Source: an uncultured Verrucomicrobiae bacterium
GTDB lineage: Bacteria > Chlamydiota > Chlamydiia > Chlamydiales > Rhabdochlamydiaceae
Direction: 5' to 3'
NCBI GenBank assembly: GCA_963718565.1
Contig: OY970364.1
Coordinates: forward strand, 2,176,001-2,240,000
Length of the DNA: 64,000 nucleotides
The position numbers and the translations under genes are program-made. The notes beneath the pieces are model-generated. The model was not told the origin of the DNA. It searched no databases and worked only from the letters and a program-made list of their open reading frames with translations. Shown in pieces: positions 60,247-64,000 of this stretch. Numbering within the stretch: the first letter of the stretch is position 1; every line of letters begins with the position of its first letter.

Positions 60247-61911
60247 ATGGCCACTATCACCGGAATGAAAACTGTTTTTCAATTAGCAGTTGACATGACA
60301 CACAATGCAATGGATGTCGCCTATTTGCATCGCGCAATTTCAGAATGCGAAATTATGGCTCATGAAAATCCAACGCAAGAATCTCTTATCGATCGGCTTA
60401 TTGACATCTTCAATATGATCAGTCGTCGAAGAGAAAGATTGGAATCCATGAATAGAGAAATCTCCTCGCTACGAGATGTTCTCCCTTCTTATTTTAGGCA
60501 TCCATTTGAGACCATTGTGATGCCTTCTTTTCACAACGCGAAAGAGATTGCTTTTAGCTTGGTAAAGCCCATCGTTGATGCTCAACATCAATTGATCGTA
60601 GAACAGTTCCAAATGGCTATTGAGAAGTTAAATGCGTTTCGAAAAAATCCGTTAAAAAGAAATTTACTGTCAGAAGTGGAATGTAAAAATCTCATTCTTT
60701 TTGATCGGATTAAAAATATCCAAGAATTGGGAACTCGCTGTCGCGTGCTTACTCAAAACGATACGGAGAGAATGGATGAACTCGCAAGCAGAAGTATTCG
60801 TCTTTCTAAGATCCTCGCGCTCCAACAGCCCCGTAAAATAGGATATCTTTTTGCATGTCTGGATCAACTCATTGAAGATCCCTCTCAATTTAGTTCTGAC
60901 TTTATCACAGGATTTTATGCTCAATTCGATGGGATCATCAATAATATGTCAAAGGAATCTATTGAGGAACTCGATGACATGATCCTTAAGCATGAATCCA
61001 CCCTTGACAATCTAGAGGGAAAAATGCATCGCTACGATGATCTTGCTTTTTTCAAACAAGCGATAACGACTGTCATTCGTAATCAGTTTGAAAGGATAGT
61101 TGCAGATGAAATCCCTCCGGAACAGCTCAATGAGTTTTATCAAATGCTATTTGAGGAGGCATTTGGTCCTAAAGATGAAGACTCCCAAAATTGGGCTAGA
61201 GCGGAACTTCCCTCTCTCTCAAGCATTGTGAGTAAAACTTTTCAAAGATTTGTGTTTAAAAAAATAGGCGTTGAAGTATGCGACTCATCTTCTTCCGAGT
61301 TCTCTGAAGATGAGGATAAAGCTTTAGACCCTTTGGGGATCACAAACAACAATGCTCTCACCTCAACGGCAAACAGTCTTTCTCCCAAAGTCGAGCAACT
61401 CAACCTTTTGCTCCAAAAGATCAGCCTCGTTTTTGAGGAATCTTCTGTTTCTGAAGGATACGACTCATCTTCTTCCGAGTTCTCTGAGAATACTAAAAAT
61501 GAGAATAAAACCTTTTTAGGTCCTTTGAGGGTAACGTGCAACAGTATTCTTGCCTTAACGGCCAACAATCCTTTCCCTGAAGTCGGACGACTCAACCTTT
61601 TGCTCAAAAAGATTAATATTATAGAAGAATTAGCTGAATCCGGCCCAAATTTTAGGGGAAGGATCGATAGAGATACCGTCAAACGAGTTATCGTTGGAAC
61701 GCTTTCTAGCAAGATGCTCGGATCTTTATATGGAATGATTGCTTATCTTGCGCCTGACGACTATGAAGGCAAAGGAGGATGGGGTGAAAAACATTGTGCA
61801 GATGACATTAGCCGTTTACGTCGTGCAATCTCCTATCTGAAGGATCCGAATCTTCTTTTTCCGAGACCTCACTTGAAGACGAGGATAAGGTTTCAGGGTG
61901 CTCCGATATAA
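60247..61911 (+). CDS. Hypothetical protein, candidate effector with internal repeats
   Basis: 554-aa ORF with GGGGG SD; duplicated DSSSSEFSE...LNLLL.KI block. Confidence 0.7.
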   Translation: MATITGMKTVFQLAVDMTHNAMDVAYLHRAISECEIMAHENPTQESLIDRLIDIFNMISRRRERLESMNREISSLRDVLPSYFRHPFETIVMPSFHNAKEIAFSLVKPIVDAQHQLIVEQFQMAIEKLNAFRKNPLKRNLLSEVECKNLILFDRIKNIQELGTRCRVLTQNDTERMDELASRSIRLSKILALQQPRKIGYLFACLDQLIEDPSQFSSDFITGFYAQFDGIINNMSKESIEELDDMILKHESTLDNLEGKMHRYDDLAFFKQAITTVIRNQFERIVADEIPPEQLNEFYQMLFEEAFGPKDEDSQNWARAELPSLSSIVSKTFQRFVFKKIGVEVCDSSSSEFSEDEDKALDPLGITNNNALTSTANSLSPKVEQLNLLLQKISLVFEESSVSEGYDSSSSEFSENTKNENKTFLGPLRVTCNSILALTANNPFPEVGRLNLLLKKINIIEELAESGPNFRGRIDRDTVKRVIVGTLSSKMLGSLYGMIAYLAPDDYEGKGGWGEKHCADDISRLRRAISYLKDPNLLFPRPHLKTRIRFQGAPI

Positions 61912-62903
61912 GCCTGGAGTTTATTGCGCAAAGTGCGGATGCTGATGCCGAGCAATTGGGCGGTTTTCGTCCGATTGTTTTTTTCTCGCGCCAAGGTCTC
62001 CAGAATGAGACGTTTTTCCAACTCGGCAATCGTCATTCCAATGGGAAAGGCGTAAGAGGGGGCCTCTTTGATTGGGCAGGCCAATTCGATATAGATCTGG
62101 TGAGCTTCTAGAACATCAGAGGCGTTCATCACGACACTTCGTTCGATGACATTGGCGAGCTCCCGAATGTTGCCTGGCCAATTGTAATGGATCAGTTTTT
62201 GTTTAGCGTCTGTGGATAAACGTGTCATGGGTTTTTGATTCTCTTCACAGAGCCGTTTTAGAAAAAATTCAGCAAGAGGGAGGATGTCTTCTTTACGCTC
62301 TCTCAAAGGAGGGATATGGACTGGGACGACATTGAGCCGATAATAGAGGTCTTCGCGGAAAAGTTTTTGTTCCACCGCATCTTGCATCGGGCAGTTGGAA
62401 GTAGAAATCAAGCGGACATCGACATAAATAGGACGCATCCCACCGACGCGCTCAAACTCCATCTCTTGGACCGCACGCAGGAGTTTTGCTTGTAACTCAA
62501 GCGGAATTTCCGAGACTTCATCGAGCAAAAGCGTCCCTTTATCGGCAAGTTCAAAACGCCCGAGTTTTTTATTGATCGCCCCGGTGAAGGCGCCTTTTTC
62601 ATGGCCAAAAAACTCAGATTCGAGGAGGGTTGTTGGAATGGCAGCACAATTCACTTTGATAAAAGATTGTAGATTGCGATGAGACTGCGCGTGAATCGCA
62701 TGGGCGATGACCTCTTTTCCGGTGCCAGACTCTCCGCTGATGAAAACAGAAGACGAACTTTTGGCAATTTTGCCCACATCATTTAAGATTTTTTGCATGA
62801 TTTCGCTTTCAGCGATGAGACATTGTTTTTTGCGGGGAATCCCTTCACGTAAATTGCAATGGGAAGCATCCGCATCGCCAATGGGCACGTTTTCAATTGC
62901 CAT
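61893..62903 (-). CDS. Sigma54-dependent activator (AtoC/CtcC-like AAA+ and Fis HTH) lacking a complete receiver domain
   Basis: GESGTGKE, ESEFFGHEKGAFTGA, LLDE, DLYYRLNV, WPGNIREL, TAQLLGISIRTLRNKL. Confidence 0.9.
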   Translation of the reverse strand: MAIENVPIGDADASHCNLREGIPRKKQCLIAESEIMQKILNDVGKIAKSSSSVFISGESGTGKEVIAHAIHAQSHRNLQSFIKVNCAAIPTTLLESEFFGHEKGAFTGAINKKLGRFELADKGTLLLDEVSEIPLELQAKLLRAVQEMEFERVGGMRPIYVDVRLISTSNCPMQDAVEQKLFREDLYYRLNVVPVHIPPLRERKEDILPLAEFFLKRLCEENQKPMTRLSTDAKQKLIHYNWPGNIRELANVIERSVVMNASDVLEAHQIYIELACPIKEAPSYAFPIGMTIAELEKRLILETLAREKNNRTKTAQLLGISIRTLRNKLQAYIGAP

Positions 62904-62930
62904 ACTTAATTGCTGTTTTTTATATAGTTG

Positions 62931-63026
62931 CACTACGCCCAGTCTAAAAACGTGAATTTAGGGGGCCATTCAAACCTGGACTGTTCTAAGACCCCCTAAA
63001 TTCACATTTTTAGACTGGGCGCAGTG
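62931..63026. mobile_element. Short MITE/hairpin related to the TACYG family (96 bp)
   Basis: CACTACGCCCAGTCTAAAAACGTGAATTTAGGGGG...CCCCCTAAATTCACATTTTTAGACTGGGCGCAGTG. Confidence 0.75.
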
Positions 63027-63053
63027 TATTCTCTTAATTCCGGATTATAGGCA

Positions 63054-63896
63054 ATGGCGAGTTTTAAAAAAGTTTTTATTTGTTTTGTTTTTTTTCTTGG
63101 GGGTTGTTCTGGAATGGAGCAGTCCGAACAAGAAAAACTTAGACGGCAAAATGCCAAAGGAGAATTTGTCCATCGGCAGCATCATGAATACCATGATGTC
63201 TTGAAAACACCAGAGCACCGTGTCCGTGAGAAATATCCTTGGGAAATGGCGTATATTGGGAAACATTCCAAAATTACCAAGGAATACTTTCGCTGCAAAG
63301 GATCCAGCCTTAATCCGCCGCACATCGATCATAAAGATCCTTCTCGTCCAGCAAACTATTTTGATTGCGGGGGATTTCAAAAGCATTCGCTTCCCATCCG
63401 AGGAGACAAGGAGTTTGTGTATCCAATTTTGATCGATTTGCTCAATTATGTTCAGGCAAAAACAGGGTGCAAAGCAGTGATTACATGCGGGCATCGCTGC
63501 CCAGTCCATAATGCTTATGCGGATCATTCTGCTTACAACCAAAATTCCAAGCATATGATGGGTGCTGAAGTCGATTTCTACTTTCAGGGGATGGAGCAGC
63601 GCCCGGAAGAGATCATCAAACTTCTCATGAACTATTATCAAGAGATGTCGATTTACAGAGGAGATAAACAGTACCAAGAATTTCAACGGTTGAACAAAGG
63701 AAAGTTAAACGTTTCAACACCGCCTTGGTATAATAAAGAAATTCTCATCAAGCTCTATCTGAAAAATGAAGGGAGAGATTTTGATAACCGGCATCCTTAT
63801 CCCTACATTTCGGTTCAGGTGCGCTTTGATCAAGAACTCAATGAAAAAGTCATTTGCAGCTGGCCTAAGGCCTTCAATGGATATCGAAGATTTTAA
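63054..63896 (+). CDS. Chlamydial lipoprotein with a peptidase M15-like motif
   Basis: LGGC lipobox; ITCGHRCPVHN...SKHMMGAEVDF resembles the M15A SGYRC..HN..S.H..G.A.D pattern. Confidence 0.7.
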   Translation: MASFKKVFICFVFFLGGCSGMEQSEQEKLRRQNAKGEFVHRQHHEYHDVLKTPEHRVREKYPWEMAYIGKHSKITKEYFRCKGSSLNPPHIDHKDPSRPANYFDCGGFQKHSLPIRGDKEFVYPILIDLLNYVQAKTGCKAVITCGHRCPVHNAYADHSAYNQNSKHMMGAEVDFYFQGMEQRPEEIIKLLMNYYQEMSIYRGDKQYQEFQRLNKGKLNVSTPPWYNKEILIKLYLKNEGRDFDNRHPYPYISVQVRFDQELNEKVICSWPKAFNGYRRF

Positions 63897-63936
63897 AAAT
63901 GCGAAGGAGGCCGCATATCCCCCTTTTTTTTCCTAA

Positions 63937-64000
63937 GAGGGAATTGCAAAACTCCTCGTCAGCAGAAAAGCGCGATTTTATGCGGCGAGGAGTTTTGCAA
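63937..64000. mobile_element. Short GAGGGAATTGCAAAA-family MITE (runs off the window end)
   Basis: GAGGGAATTGCAAAACTCCTCG...CGAGGAGTTTTGCAA. Confidence 0.8.

Noticed and set aside
63..63686. Many 60-210 aa ORFs overlapping or antisense to recognised genes (e.g. 6410-6868, 31594-32217, 57784-58329, 61242-61712, 63045-63686)
   Set aside because: Shadow frames of well-supported genes with no recognisable motifs
1..64000. CRISPR array, rRNA or tRNA genes
   Set aside because: No regularly spaced direct repeats with unique spacers and no recognisable tRNA or rRNA motifs; the repeats are dispersed inverted repeats

Overview
Chromosomal window of an environmental Chlamydiota member (Rhabdochlamydia/Simkania-like is my inference). 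The call rests on chlamydial gene blocks: rlmD-yajC; efp/amn/mfd-alaS/tkt-hemE..hemY; dcrA-like/rnc-radA-hemC; sod-accD-dut-ptsN-ptsN; plus an IncA-like protein. About 45 intact CDSs are present, mostly housekeeping. At 5-13 kb an IS-scarred island (IS256 x2, IS3, IS1634 x2) has destroyed two tandem paralogous genes, one of which can be rebuilt in frame. The most striking feature is a dense population of short non-autonomous palindromic elements (MITE/RPE-like, at least 5 terminal types, more than 15 full or partial copies). Several have exact target-site duplications, show compensatory base changes in internal hairpins, and have rewired gene junctions (tkt-hemE, MORN-Maf, a small Cys-rich secreted gene). 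Other notable items: a group IIC intron 5' stub behind a terminator, a hemE-arginase-inverted hemF-hemY block, a sigma54 activator lacking its receiver domain, a Maf(DUF115)-MORN-Maf operon and a candidate Phe-rich leader peptide. I saw no rRNA, tRNA or CRISPR array. All family assignments are from motif recognition by eye, not database searches.
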